Source of the DNA: Clostridiales bacterium
Lineage (GTDB): Bacteria; Bacillota; Clostridia; Oscillospirales; JAAYOS01
Direction of reading: 5' to 3'
Length of the DNA stretch: 57,773 nucleotides
Assembly (NCBI GenBank): GCA_012520195.1
Contig: JAAYOS010000032.1
Span: forward strand, 1-57,773
A program made the translations under genes and the position numbers. The notes beneath the pieces are model-generated. The model was not told the DNA's origin and did not search any database. It saw only the letters and a list, made by a program, of their open reading frames with translations. Positions 8,325 through 19,478 of the stretch are shown here, in pieces (positions within the stretch are counted from its first letter, which is position 1; the number at the start of each line of letters is the position of its first letter).

Positions 8325-9350
8325 TCATGACTCAGTCTCAGTCTCAGTTTCGGTCTCAGTTTCGTTGTCGTCGTCCCTATCAAGTGCTCCGATGGCTCCA
8401 GCACCGGCTCCGCCTAGCTCGGGAGGTAGCTCTCCCCCTCTGTTTCCGAGTTTTTGCTCGATTTCCCTTTCCTCCATTAGCCGCCTTTCCTCTTCGGCTG
8501 CTTTGGCGGGTTTGATTATATATTTCTCGATAATGGGGTATGTCGTATAGACAGATAGGAAATTAATGAAGCTTAGTGCTATTAGAGGTACACAGATAAC
8601 CTCTACCATAGGGTGCAGGAACATCGCCACAAACAGAGCAGCAACGGTTCCAATCAGCACTATGATGTTTCTGCCTAATCCGAGAATTGCAAACAACCAT
8701 GCATTCTTTAGAATAGCGCGTATACTGAGCTCAGCTGTAACGATCATCTGGTAGATATAGTTTCTCATAAATGTATAGAAGACAAACAGGACGATCGTAA
8801 GGTATTTGACAATCGTACTAAACAGCTGTACTCCAAAAGTGTCTGCGCTCACTATAGACGAATAATTAATGTTGACAATAAGTACTGTAATTAACAGGAT
8901 GTCAAGAATTCCAAAGAAAAGACCCTGCTTCCAGTTTTCCTTCGCCTTCGTAAAGAAATCAGAAATGAAAGCGTGCTCTTCTCTGGCATAATTCCTAAAG
9001 ATATATATTAAACCACATGTAAGAGGGCCATATATTAGGATTGAAATAACAATAGCCGGCGCATGTAAAAATGAAGGCACGTAATTGACGAGCGTCGCAA
9101 ACAGCTCAAACAGTATCGAAACAAACGTTTCGCTATCATACGAGCTTAGGGTTGCAAGCCATCCGTAGAACAATGCATAGATAAGTATGATTATTGGCAT
9201 CAGCACAATAAAGTACATTATGTTCAATAGCATATAGTTAAAGAACTTTCGTCCTAGTAGCTCCCAAAACATTAGGATTGGATGCTTCTTCGGTGCATTG
9301 GGGTCAACGCCTTTTCCGGGCTTATTATAGTTATAACCTAAGAGGGGCAT
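8325..9350 (-). CDS. DUF624 (YesL-like) polytopic membrane protein with a Gly/Ala then acidic ET-repeat C-terminal tail
   Basis: The N-terminus (PILMFWELLGRKFFNYMLLNIMYFIVLMPII) is typical of DUF624, and several TM segments follow. The tail reads GGAGAGAIGALDRDDDNETETETETETES. Confidence 0.6.
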   Translation of the reverse strand: MPLLGYNYNKPGKGVDPNAPKKHPILMFWELLGRKFFNYMLLNIMYFIVLMPIIILIYALFYGWLATLSSYDSETFVSILFELFATLVNYVPSFLHAPAIVISILIYGPLTCGLIYIFRNYAREEHAFISDFFTKAKENWKQGLFFGILDILLITVLIVNINYSSIVSADTFGVQLFSTIVKYLTIVLFVFYTFMRNYIYQMIVTAELSIRAILKNAWLFAILGLGRNIIVLIGTVAALFVAMFLHPMVEVICVPLIALSFINFLSVYTTYPIIEKYIIKPAKAAEEERRLMEEREIEQKLGNRGGELPPELGGAGAGAIGALDRDDDNETETETETETES

Positions 9351-9402
9351 ATTCTAGATTCCTCCGATAATTCTGAAATATCTATTGCAATCCAATAAGT
9401 AG

Positions 9403-10305
9403 TTAATTGGCGCGGGGATGGTATTTATTGTAGACCTCACGTATTCTCTGATTCACAATATTGGAATAGAACTGTGTTGAAGATATGTCAACATGTCCGA
9501 GCATTTCCTGGATGGCGCGGATGTCGGCACCGTTTTCCAATAGATGAATGGCAAATGAATGTCTCAATGTGTGAGGGGTAATATCTTTCTCGATACCAGC
9601 AGTCTCTTGGTACCGCTTTACTATCTTCCAAAAACCCTGTCTAGTCATGCGCTTGCCGTTTACATTGACAAACAGAGCAGTCTCGTTTGGACTCTGGATA
9701 AGTTGGGAACGCGCGTAATTTATATAGTCAGCAACAGCTCGGACACATGCTGGATAAAGCGGAATTATTCGCTCCTTGTGGGATCCACTGCATCTGATAA
9801 AGCAGCTGCTTAGATTTATATCGTTAATATTGAGTGTAACCAATTCGGATACACGCATACCTGTGGCATATAGTACCTCAAGCATTGCTCTGTCGCGGTA
9901 ACCCTTAGGGTCAACACTTTTTGGCTGCGAAAGTAGTAAGTTTACTTCCTTACTAGAGAGTATCTCAGGTGCATTGCGCTTAACCTTTGGAGGAACAATG
10001 TTTTTCAAGGGATTTGTTATTACTTCATTTCTCTGCAAAAGTAGATTGTAGAAACACTTAAGTGATGCTATTGCCCGTGTGATAGTCGACGGAGCTTTAT
10101 CAGAGTTCTGCAACAGCTTCAAATAGTCGGTTGCGATATCCTCAGATACCTGAGCGAATGTCCTTATGTCCCGGCTGGACAAATATTCAAAAAACTGTCG
10201 GACATCCCTGACATATGATGCCACGGTGTTTTGTGATGAACGCTTTTCATATTCCAAGTAGTGCTCGAACATCTTAATTTGCTGTTGCATAATCATTTTT
10301 TCCAA
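9403..10305 (-). CDS. xerD: Tyrosine recombinase XerD (RipX-like)
   Basis: Motifs ATGMRVSEL, HTLRHSFAIHLLENGADIRAIQEMLGHVDISSTQFYS. It is adjacent to spoIIM, as ripX is in B. subtilis. Confidence 0.85.
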   Translation of the reverse strand: MEKMIMQQQIKMFEHYLEYEKRSSQNTVASYVRDVRQFFEYLSSRDIRTFAQVSEDIATDYLKLLQNSDKAPSTITRAIASLKCFYNLLLQRNEVITNPLKNIVPPKVKRNAPEILSSKEVNLLLSQPKSVDPKGYRDRAMLEVLYATGMRVSELVTLNINDINLSSCFIRCSGSHKERIIPLYPACVRAVADYINYARSQLIQSPNETALFVNVNGKRMTRQGFWKIVKRYQETAGIEKDITPHTLRHSFAIHLLENGADIRAIQEMLGHVDISSTQFYSNIVNQRIREVYNKYHPRAN

Positions 10306-10325
10306 CTTCCCTATATTAATTATCT

Positions 10326-10940
10326 CTATGTCAAAATATTACCTAATGCTGCAGAAACAAGACTTGGCGTAATGAACATCTCGGCAAGAGTGCAGATCAG
10401 TAGCACCCCCACACAAACAAGAATCCTAGAAAAGTATGAGCTAGAGAATATGGATCCCGACAGCTTTTTTCCTTTAGATGATGCCAAAGAAAAAAGCAGA
10501 CTTGCTGATACGACACCTTGTGCAGCAAGCATTAACATACATGGTAAAAGTAGTAGACACTGGATGCCGAAAAGTGCGGCGGAGAATAGGAGTCCGTGCC
10601 ATCCAAATATACGTACAAAGGAGGTAATCGTAAAAAGCAGAAGAAAACCTCTTAAGGCCACAACTGCTGGAATAAATACTGCACCGAACACACAAAAGCC
10701 GCAGAGCAAAATTATGATTGGAAAACGGAAAACATTTGCCAGTACTCTCCAGAATGACACATCAGATGAAACTGTGTAGTCCGTAATTAAAGAGGCAATC
10801 TGCGTACTATCGCCTCCGTTTGCTGCAATAACACTACCGGTTATCGCTCCAATTATAAAACAAATACATATGAATACTAGCACTGGAAGCATCGCCGTAT
10901 TACCCGGCAAGTCCCAAACTTTCAAAAGAATTCGCTTCAT
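10326..10940 (-). CDS. spoIIM: Stage II sporulation protein M
   Basis: 204-aa polytopic membrane protein immediately downstream of xerD, matching the conserved ripX-(fur)-spoIIM neighbourhood. Size and topology fit SpoIIM. Confidence 0.6.
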   Translation of the reverse strand: MKRILLKVWDLPGNTAMLPVLVFICICFIIGAITGSVIAANGGDSTQIASLITDYTVSSDVSFWRVLANVFRFPIIILLCGFCVFGAVFIPAVVALRGFLLLFTITSFVRIFGWHGLLFSAALFGIQCLLLLPCMLMLAAQGVVSASLLFSLASSKGKKLSGSIFSSSYFSRILVCVGVLLICTLAEMFITPSLVSAALGNILT

Positions 10941-11026
10941 GGCTCTCCCCTCCTCGTAACAACATATGAGGGAAGTCCAAATGATATGTAAACTACTTTT
11001 CGACGGACAAAGTCACGGCCAAAAGA

Positions 11027-11821
11027 TTACTTACCGATTTCTTCAGCCCGTTTTATACACGCGTTCATGCCGGCAACTAATGCGTCATAGAAGCCACACT
11101 TTTTCATCTCTGTAAGTGCAGCCACGGTAGTACCACCAGGCGAAGATACAGCTTTAGTTAGATCGGACGATGATTTGCCGCTCTCAAGGAGCATTCGTGA
11201 AGCGCCTTCCATAGTCTTTGCCGTAAGCAGTAGCGCAGATTGGGGGTCAATACCAAAACTGACAGCTGTCTTTATCATCTCGTCTGCCATCGAAAAAAAG
11301 TATGCGGGTCCTGAGCCATTAACAGCTGTCGCAACATTAATTAGCTCCTCATCGATAAATACAACAGCCCCGGAGCTCGAGAAGATTGAAACAGCCTTCT
11401 CGCTAAACATCTCAGGAACATCATTACATACAGCTATTGCTGTCGCACCTAGTCCAATGGTTATTGGCGTGTTAGGCATGACACGAATAACATGTACACT
11501 TTCACCGAGCACACTCTTTATGTATTCTGTAGAGATACCGGCCGCTATCGAAATAAAACATTTACCCACTGTATCAACGCTTATCTCATCAAGTACAGAC
11601 TCAATATTGTTGGGTTTAACCGCAACAATTATCAAATCAGACTGACTGATCAGCTCGTCGACATTCATGCAAACTCTGCAGCCCTGTTTTTCAAACTCAA
11701 ACACAATTTGAGAATAAGGGTCATAAAGGTTTATGCTACTTGTCGGAAAAATGTCATTCTTAAAGATGCCCTGCAAAATGGCGCTAGCCATATTGCCGAC
11801 GCCGATAATACCAAGATTCAT
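11027..11821 (-). CDS. proC: Pyrroline-5-carboxylate reductase
   Basis: MNLGIIGVGNMASAIL is the Rossmann motif, VMPNTP is present, and the C-terminus shows SPGGTT. The start was moved to the ATG at 11821 (GGAGCGGGT SD). The upstream part of the ORF is hydrophobic read-through. Confidence 0.9.
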   Translation of the reverse strand: MNLGIIGVGNMASAILQGIFKNDIFPTSSINLYDPYSQIVFEFEKQGCRVCMNVDELISQSDLIIVAVKPNNIESVLDEISVDTVGKCFISIAAGISTEYIKSVLGESVHVIRVMPNTPITIGLGATAIAVCNDVPEMFSEKAVSIFSSSGAVVFIDEELINVATAVNGSGPAYFFSMADEMIKTAVSFGIDPQSALLLTAKTMEGASRMLLESGKSSSDLTKAVSSPGGTTVAALTEMKKCGFYDALVAGMNACIKRAEEIGK

Positions 11822-12217
11822 ACCCGCTCCACTTAACATAATGTTGACAGTAATAAATATAAACCAAGTCGCATAAAAAAGCAAGTGAAATCAACAGGTT
11901 CAGGGAACTTTGTAAAAACTAACGGAATGTTATGTAAACTGTATTATGTAAAGTGCGTAACTGCAACTTATCTGCTCTATCAGTTTTTGTGTGGATTTGG
12001 CTATATGTTGTATACGCTATATTCCTATGGTACAAGATAATCAGTTTGTCAAATCTCAGTCTCATTGCCTGCAAATAATCCGGATAACCAATTACGAAAA
12101 ATCCTTCTGTATGAAGCACAATCTCAACAGGACATAAAACGATGATGCAGTCGCCTCAAAATCCCTGCGAATGCATCACCGCTTACTTTTTGTAAACTGA
12201 TACGCTAAAGATAAAAC

Positions 12218-12640
12218 TTATTTTCTGCTTCTTTTTGTGCGTGATGATCGTCCAGAAGATGCTGCCATTGCTCCAAGAACTCCGCCCGCTACTGTAGCCA
12301 ATAGTAACCCTAAACCGTTTTCAGAAGGTATAAAGCTCTCAAAAAACAAAATTCCAATTACTCCGAACCATAGAATGAGCAAGATTCCCTCTGTAATGCC
12401 AACGAACAGCGTCCGCCCTCCTACCCTTTTGGCAGAGAACATGCCGCCGATAAAGGATCCTATCAAAGTAACCACAATAATAATAACGCCGGATAAGCTC
12501 TCATCAAATACTCCCGCTAGAACAAGTGCTGATGCAGGAAACAGGAGTACCAGGCATACAAGCAAAGCTATAAGGCTCCCTATTAGGACTTTCATTACGT
12601 ATCGTTTGAAACCGGGTCCGGTAGAGTCCGCTCTGCGCAC
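12218..12640 (-). CDS. Small polytopic membrane protein (YrzE/TIGR04086-like)
   Basis: Four hydrophobic segments and a basic C-terminal tail. It lies next to yajC-tgt-queA, as yrzE does in Bacillus. The GTG at 12640 is 8 nt after AAGGAG. Confidence 0.5.
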   Translation of the reverse strand: MRRADSTGPGFKRYVMKVLIGSLIALLVCLVLLFPASALVLAGVFDESLSGVIIIVVTLIGSFIGGMFSAKRVGGRTLFVGITEGILLILWFGVIGILFFESFIPSENGLGLLLATVAGGVLGAMAASSGRSSRTKRSRK

Positions 12641-12707
12641 CGCAACCACTCCTTTTTAGCTTTCTGCTAAAGGATATTCGGTTGCAGCAAAGAAAATTAC
12701 TAAATGA

Positions 12708-13028
12708 TTACTGCTGTGGTGCTGATGCGTCTGAACCAGTACCCATAACTGCCCAGCGCATGATCTGAATCTTATGTTTATCGGCACCTGTCTCGATTGT
12801 CAGTTTATCATCCTTGATCTTGACGATTTTCCCGACAATACCACCTCTTGTTGTTACTTCGTCACCTACTTTCAGTTCACTCAGCATTTTCTGAACTGAT
12901 TTCTTACGCTTTGACTCTGGTCTTATCAACATGAAATAGAATATTAGAGCTGTAATTGCTAGGGGAAGAACTAAAGAGGCAATAGAAGAAATATCAATTC
13001 CCTCTGTCGCTTGTAAAAAGAGTGTCAT
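12708..13028 (-). CDS. yajC: Preprotein translocase subunit YajC
   Basis: One TM followed by LKVGDEVTTRGGIVGKIVKIKDD, the YajC signature. Synteny with tgt and queA supports the call. Confidence 0.9.
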   Translation of the reverse strand: MTLFLQATEGIDISSIASLVLPLAITALIFYFMLIRPESKRKKSVQKMLSELKVGDEVTTRGGIVGKIVKIKDDKLTIETGADKHKIQIMRWAVMGTGSDASAPQQ

Positions 13029-13105
13029 TGTTTCACCTCCTCCGGCTTATATGACATCATTTTCCCATTATAAATAAACATTGGTTGATTTGCAAGACAA
13101 TTCGA

Positions 13106-15270
<2,165 letters not shown>

Positions 15271-15306
15271 ATATTCCCTTTCTCTGTCTTTCGGTTTTGA
15301 TTTGGT

Positions 15307-16980
15307 TTACGGCGCATAGTTTGGCTGAACAACAGCTTCGGTGTAGTAGTAAGATAGAATCTGATCAAAAGTATATCCGCGTTCTGCCATACCCTTTGCT
15401 CCATACTGACTCATGCCGACATTATGTCCCCAGCCCTTACCGGAAACAATAAAAGAATCGGTGTTGCGTTCCAATACACTTGTCCCTTTTGCTGACAGAA
15501 GATGGATGTCATCGCGGCCGGACAGCCTGGTAACGGAACCACCCTTTCCAATTGCATAGCCTTCCGCTGCGGATATCACAGTTGATGCGTTGTTTACGTT
15601 GAACCGCACACCACCGGATATTGTATATCTCTGACTGTGAGTATATTTCTGAAGAGTGCTGCTATTTAATATTGTTCTAGCAGAGCTCTTATCAAATGTA
15701 AGTTGTTTACCGCTTGAATCGATAAATGTTACACTATAAACATTACCGGCAGGTGTATACTCGCTCACGTACGCATCAACAACCTTACCTATATTATGCC
15801 CCTTGGACTGTAGAATCCACGTTATTTCGTCACTTGTATACTCAAAACTCCATATACCGTTGTTGGCGTTCTCCAAATCTTCAAAATAATCGGGTACTGC
15901 CTGTAGATAAGGGTAGTCATATCCCCATACATTTTTGGAGCTTTCAGTCGATCCACCATTTGAAGAGTGATAAACAGTGGTGCACAAATTGCCACCATAC
16001 CTTAATACAAGGCCCCTTACAGCTTCAGCTGCACTGTCCGAGTTAGCATTTGCTGAATTACGACCTCTGTAGACCTGACAGTCGGTAGTGTTGCACACAT
16101 CAAATCCCATTGAACCATGCCTTCTGAGACTTGAAAGTGCATATGTAGCAGCGCAGACAGCTTGTGCTTTTAGAGCTTCCTGGTGCCATCTTGGATTCAT
16201 CTCGTAGGGAAGCACTCCCTTTGTATACTCACATAGAGGCAGAACGTTTATTACCGTAATATCATTTCCGTTATTTCTCCGATACTCGAAAGATCCAGCA
16301 TATCTGTAGCCCTTAAACCATGTCTCAGTGTAATCTGAGCCCGTAGGCTGAATTGCTAGAAATGCGCTGTTACCAGCATCGAACTCAAAGATTATTTCTC
16401 CAGTAGAGGTTATGGTGACAGTATAGCAGGTCTCTGATCCGCCGACCCCTCCTGCTCCCGGTAATCCTACCTCAGTTGCAGCAGCATTTGCTTTGTCTAG
16501 TGAAGAGTATGAACCAAGCCGTACTCTATACTCACCCATAATATATGCCGGAAATGCAGCAATTCCTGTGTTCTCTGTCAATACCTCTGCGCTGTTAACA
16601 GCCTCATCGTAGGAGCTGTATTGTACACCCGAATCGATGTGGTATGCGCCAATAGTCAACGCTCCTGCTGGTGGAAGTGCATCATAGTATGTACCTTTCA
16701 GCATATACATGTTCTTGTCTTTATTAACAGTAATCTTTTCCTGCACAGTACTACCGACCATGCAGAAATTTAGTTCTTTGTCAAAGAAACCAAAATTGTA
16801 GCCTGAGCCAACTTCGTTAGCCAGATTTGCTGAAGGGAGTGCGTTTGTATCATAGTACAGTCCCACTTTTATGTATGGATCATAGAGCGAAGAATTATCG
16901 GCTTTGGCAGTTATATCAGCTGGTTGGATAGCGGTTAATATAAATAAAAAAGAGATTAGGAAAAGCGCGAATTTTCTCAT
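15307..16980 (-). CDS. SpoIID/LytB domain protein (secreted, with an N-terminal extra domain)
   Basis: A signal peptide is present. The SpoIID signature appears as EALKAQAVCAATYA, CNTTDCQVYRG, HSSNGGSTES and VGMSQYGA. Confidence 0.85.
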   Translation of the reverse strand: MRKFALFLISFLFILTAIQPADITAKADNSSLYDPYIKVGLYYDTNALPSANLANEVGSGYNFGFFDKELNFCMVGSTVQEKITVNKDKNMYMLKGTYYDALPPAGALTIGAYHIDSGVQYSSYDEAVNSAEVLTENTGIAAFPAYIMGEYRVRLGSYSSLDKANAAATEVGLPGAGGVGGSETCYTVTITSTGEIIFEFDAGNSAFLAIQPTGSDYTETWFKGYRYAGSFEYRRNNGNDITVINVLPLCEYTKGVLPYEMNPRWHQEALKAQAVCAATYALSSLRRHGSMGFDVCNTTDCQVYRGRNSANANSDSAAEAVRGLVLRYGGNLCTTVYHSSNGGSTESSKNVWGYDYPYLQAVPDYFEDLENANNGIWSFEYTSDEITWILQSKGHNIGKVVDAYVSEYTPAGNVYSVTFIDSSGKQLTFDKSSARTILNSSTLQKYTHSQRYTISGGVRFNVNNASTVISAAEGYAIGKGGSVTRLSGRDDIHLLSAKGTSVLERNTDSFIVSGKGWGHNVGMSQYGAKGMAERGYTFDQILSYYYTEAVVQPNYAP

Positions 16981-17010
16981 TAATATCCTCCAAAAACACT
17001 AGCGGCGCGA

Positions 17011-17039
17011 TTGACAAGCGAAATGCTGTGTGATAGTAT
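17011..17039 (+). promoter_or_regulatory. Sigma-A promoter of the lysine-riboswitch/asd operon (TTGACA-17-TAGTAT)
   Basis: TTGACA is at 17011-17016, a 17-nt spacer follows, and TAGTAT is at 17034-17039. It sits just upstream of the riboswitch. Confidence 0.6.
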
Positions 17040-17060
17040 TATGTAAATATAATATATATA

Positions 17061-17310
17061 GAGTGGTGTAGAGGTGCAGTTTCTAATAGTAACAATGCAG
17101 AGATTCCCTAAATCGATGAAGCACTGTGAAAGGAGAAATTGCCGAAGGATGCGGTATAGGGTTGGCCGTTTTCTTGGGCGATGGGTTAATAGCCCCTCGA
17201 CTGTCATCCAATGGATGGAGAGCTATGCTGTGCAAGTGGTTAATGACAAAGCCTATGCCTTGCGTCATTATACTACAGGTCCAGCCGGTTTTTCAACCGG
17301 TTTTTTCATA
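17061..17310 (+). promoter_or_regulatory. Lysine riboswitch (L-box) with terminator-type expression platform
   Basis: The conserved L-box blocks were read directly: AGAGGTGC, CTGTGAAAGGAGAAATTGCCGAAGG, and ACTGTCA-TCCAATGGA-TGGAGAGC. A hairpin CCGGTT-TTTC-AACCGG plus TTTTTT lies at about 17284-17310. The downstream genes (asd, dapA, dapB) are lysine-pathway genes. Confidence 0.85.
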
Positions 17311-17419
17311 TTTAGACACCACAACCTGCCTGTAAGACTTTAGTCTGTGGCAGCATAGGATATAATTGGGGTAAAGCATTTTTATCACAGTCAATACAGA
17401 CTGGAAGGAATGAGGTCTT

Positions 17420-18496
17420 GTGAAAAAGTATAAAGTTGGAGTTCTTGGAGCTACGGGCATGGTGGGACAACGTTTTGTCTCATTGCTTTCCGATCACCCC
17501 TGGTTCACTGTCACTGTGCTTGCAGCAAGCCCGCGCTCAGCAGGCATGACATACAAAGAAGCTGTGTCAGGCCGCTGGGCAATGCCCACTGCAATACCAG
17601 AAGATATCGCAAATTTAGTTGTGTTAGATGCTACAGCTGACATGAAAAGCATAGCATCGTCGGTAGACTTTGCTTTTTCTGCAGTTGATATGAAAAAAGA
17701 TGAGATAAGGAAATTCGAAGAGGCATATGCTGAGCTTGAGTGCCCTGTAATTTCAAACAATTCCGCACATAGGCTTACTCCTGATGTGCCTATGGTGATC
17801 CCCGAAGTAAACCCTGAGCATTTGGAGATAATAACCGACTTTCGTAAGAGCCGTAATTTATCGCGGGGTCTTATAGCGGTTAAGTCCAACTGTTCACTGC
17901 AAAGCTATGTCCCCCCGCTTCATCCACTTCGTAGGTTTGGTCTTGAAAAAGTCCTTACCTGCACATACCAAGCTATCTCTGGTGCAGGCAAGACTTTTGA
18001 AACGTGGCCCGAAATGGTGGATAATGTTATCCCGTATATTGGAGGCGAGGAGGAAAAATCGGAGATTGAGCCGCTTAAGATTTGGGGAGAGATAAAGGAT
18101 GGAGCTATTATCAACTCTTCAGGTCCAGCCATTACCGCTCAGTGTATACGAGTTCCCGTAACTGACGGCCATCTCGCCTGCGTCTTTGCATCATTTAGAG
18201 AGAAGCCTGAAATTGAGGAGATAAAGCAACTCTGGTTAGATTTCCGCGGCAGGCCTCAGGAGCTCTCCCTCCCTTCAGCTCCTAAGCAGTTCATACACTA
18301 TTTTAATGAAGAGAATTTTCCTCAAACCCGACTTCATCGAGATCTTGAGGGTGGAATGGCAATCTCGGTCGGACGACTGCGCCCTGACAGCCAATATGAT
18401 ATAAAGTTTGTGTGTTTATCACATAATACTCTTCGTGGTGCTGCCGGTGGCGGTGTCCTTTTGGCAGAACTACTCTGCAAAGAGGGATACATTTAG
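17420..18496 (+). CDS. asd: Aspartate-semialdehyde dehydrogenase
   Basis: GTG start. MKKYKVGVLGATGMVGQRF is the NAD motif, SNCS holds the active-site Cys, and the C-terminus reads HNTLRGAAGG. Confidence 0.9.
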   Translation: MKKYKVGVLGATGMVGQRFVSLLSDHPWFTVTVLAASPRSAGMTYKEAVSGRWAMPTAIPEDIANLVVLDATADMKSIASSVDFAFSAVDMKKDEIRKFEEAYAELECPVISNNSAHRLTPDVPMVIPEVNPEHLEIITDFRKSRNLSRGLIAVKSNCSLQSYVPPLHPLRRFGLEKVLTCTYQAISGAGKTFETWPEMVDNVIPYIGGEEEKSEIEPLKIWGEIKDGAIINSSGPAITAQCIRVPVTDGHLACVFASFREKPEIEEIKQLWLDFRGRPQELSLPSAPKQFIHYFNEENFPQTRLHRDLEGGMAISVGRLRPDSQYDIKFVCLSHNTLRGAAGGGVLLAELLCKEGYI

Positions 18497-18562
18497 ATCG
18501 ATTTCATCTCTTGTTGTTAGTAACATGTAAGTGAATATGTAGTGTGCAAAGTGAGGTAAACT

Positions 18563-19459
18563 ATGAAAACACCGTTATTCGTAGGATCGGGCGTAGCGAT
18601 CGTAACCCCTTTTAGAGAGGGGGACTACTCAATTGACTTTAACTGTTTTGAAAAACTAATCGATTTTCAAATCGAAAACGGAACAGATGCTATCATCGTA
18701 TGTGGAACAACAGGTGAAGCATCTACCCAATCTACCGAGGAACATCTGCAAACCATAGAGCATTGTGTAAAGCATGTCAACGGCAGAGTCCCCGTAATTG
18801 CAGGTACTGGTTCAAACGATACCCTTTACGGAATAGAGATGTCGATTGAGGCACGAAAGCTGGGGGTAGACGGTCTGCTTGTTGTAACTCCATATTACAA
18901 CAAAACAACCCAAAAGGGACTAATCAACCACATGACACTTATAGCCGACAAAGCAGGCATCCCAATAATCGTCTACAATGTGCCGTCGAGAACAGGGATG
19001 GATATTACGGCGGATACATATTGTGAACTGGCTAAGCACCCGTTAATCAACGGTGTCAAGGAGGCCTCCGGTAATCTTCCGGTTATTTCTGCTGTAAGAC
19101 AGCGTGTTGGCGATGATCTCTATTTCTGGTCTGGTGAAGATAATCTCGTCGTGCCTATTCTTTCCTTAGGTGGTAAGGGTGTTATTTCCGTTGTTGGAAA
19201 TATTGCTCCGAGACAGACATCTGACATGTGCCGCCTGTACCTTGAAGGGAATGTTCTCGAAAGTACAAAAATCCAAATAGGCCTCACTGAGCTAATAAAC
19301 TCACTCTTCGCCGAGGTAAATCCTGTACCAGTCAAGGCGGCTTTGAAGCTTATGGGATTGGACTCCGGCACTCTGAGGCTCCCACTTATCGATATCTCCG
19401 AGCCAAATCTCAAACGTTCGATGAATGCAATGACAGAGTACGGACTCCTTCCAAATTAA
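18563..19459 (+). CDS. dapA: 4-hydroxy-tetrahydrodipicolinate synthase
   Basis: Motifs GSGVAIVTPF, GTTGE, VIAGTGSN, YNVPSRTG and the Schiff-base Lys context GVKEASG. Confidence 0.95.
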   Translation: MKTPLFVGSGVAIVTPFREGDYSIDFNCFEKLIDFQIENGTDAIIVCGTTGEASTQSTEEHLQTIEHCVKHVNGRVPVIAGTGSNDTLYGIEMSIEARKLGVDGLLVVTPYYNKTTQKGLINHMTLIADKAGIPIIVYNVPSRTGMDITADTYCELAKHPLINGVKEASGNLPVISAVRQRVGDDLYFWSGEDNLVVPILSLGGKGVISVVGNIAPRQTSDMCRLYLEGNVLESTKIQIGLTELINSLFAEVNPVPVKAALKLMGLDSGTLRLPLIDISEPNLKRSMNAMTEYGLLPN

Positions 19460-19478
19460 AATGAATAGGAGTGTAAAG

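Noticed and set aside
7150-10305. Invertible or excisable element bounded by the two recombinase genes
   Set aside because: I could find no inverted or direct repeats shared between 8158-8324 and 9351-9402, or flanking 7081-7149. The xerD context is the conserved chromosomal one.
10261-10779. Long antisense ORFs opposite well-supported genes (10261-10779, 11175-11645, 34159-34656, 37809-38330, 45209-45730, 55274-55891 and many 60-130 aa ORFs)
   Set aside because: They lie fully within strongly supported genes on the other strand, lack SD sequences, and have skewed Ser/Pro/Arg-rich compositions typical of shadow ORFs.
11822-12217. Proline T-box or other known riboswitch upstream of proC
   Set aside because: No T-box core, specifier-loop context or other riboswitch signature that I can recognise occurs on the reverse strand. 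The TTGTACCATAGG string is only a superficial resemblance.
17074-17343. ORFs of 61-89 aa in the SpoIID-like / asd intergenic region
   Set aside because: The region is explained by the lysine riboswitch. These ORFs cut across its conserved helices.
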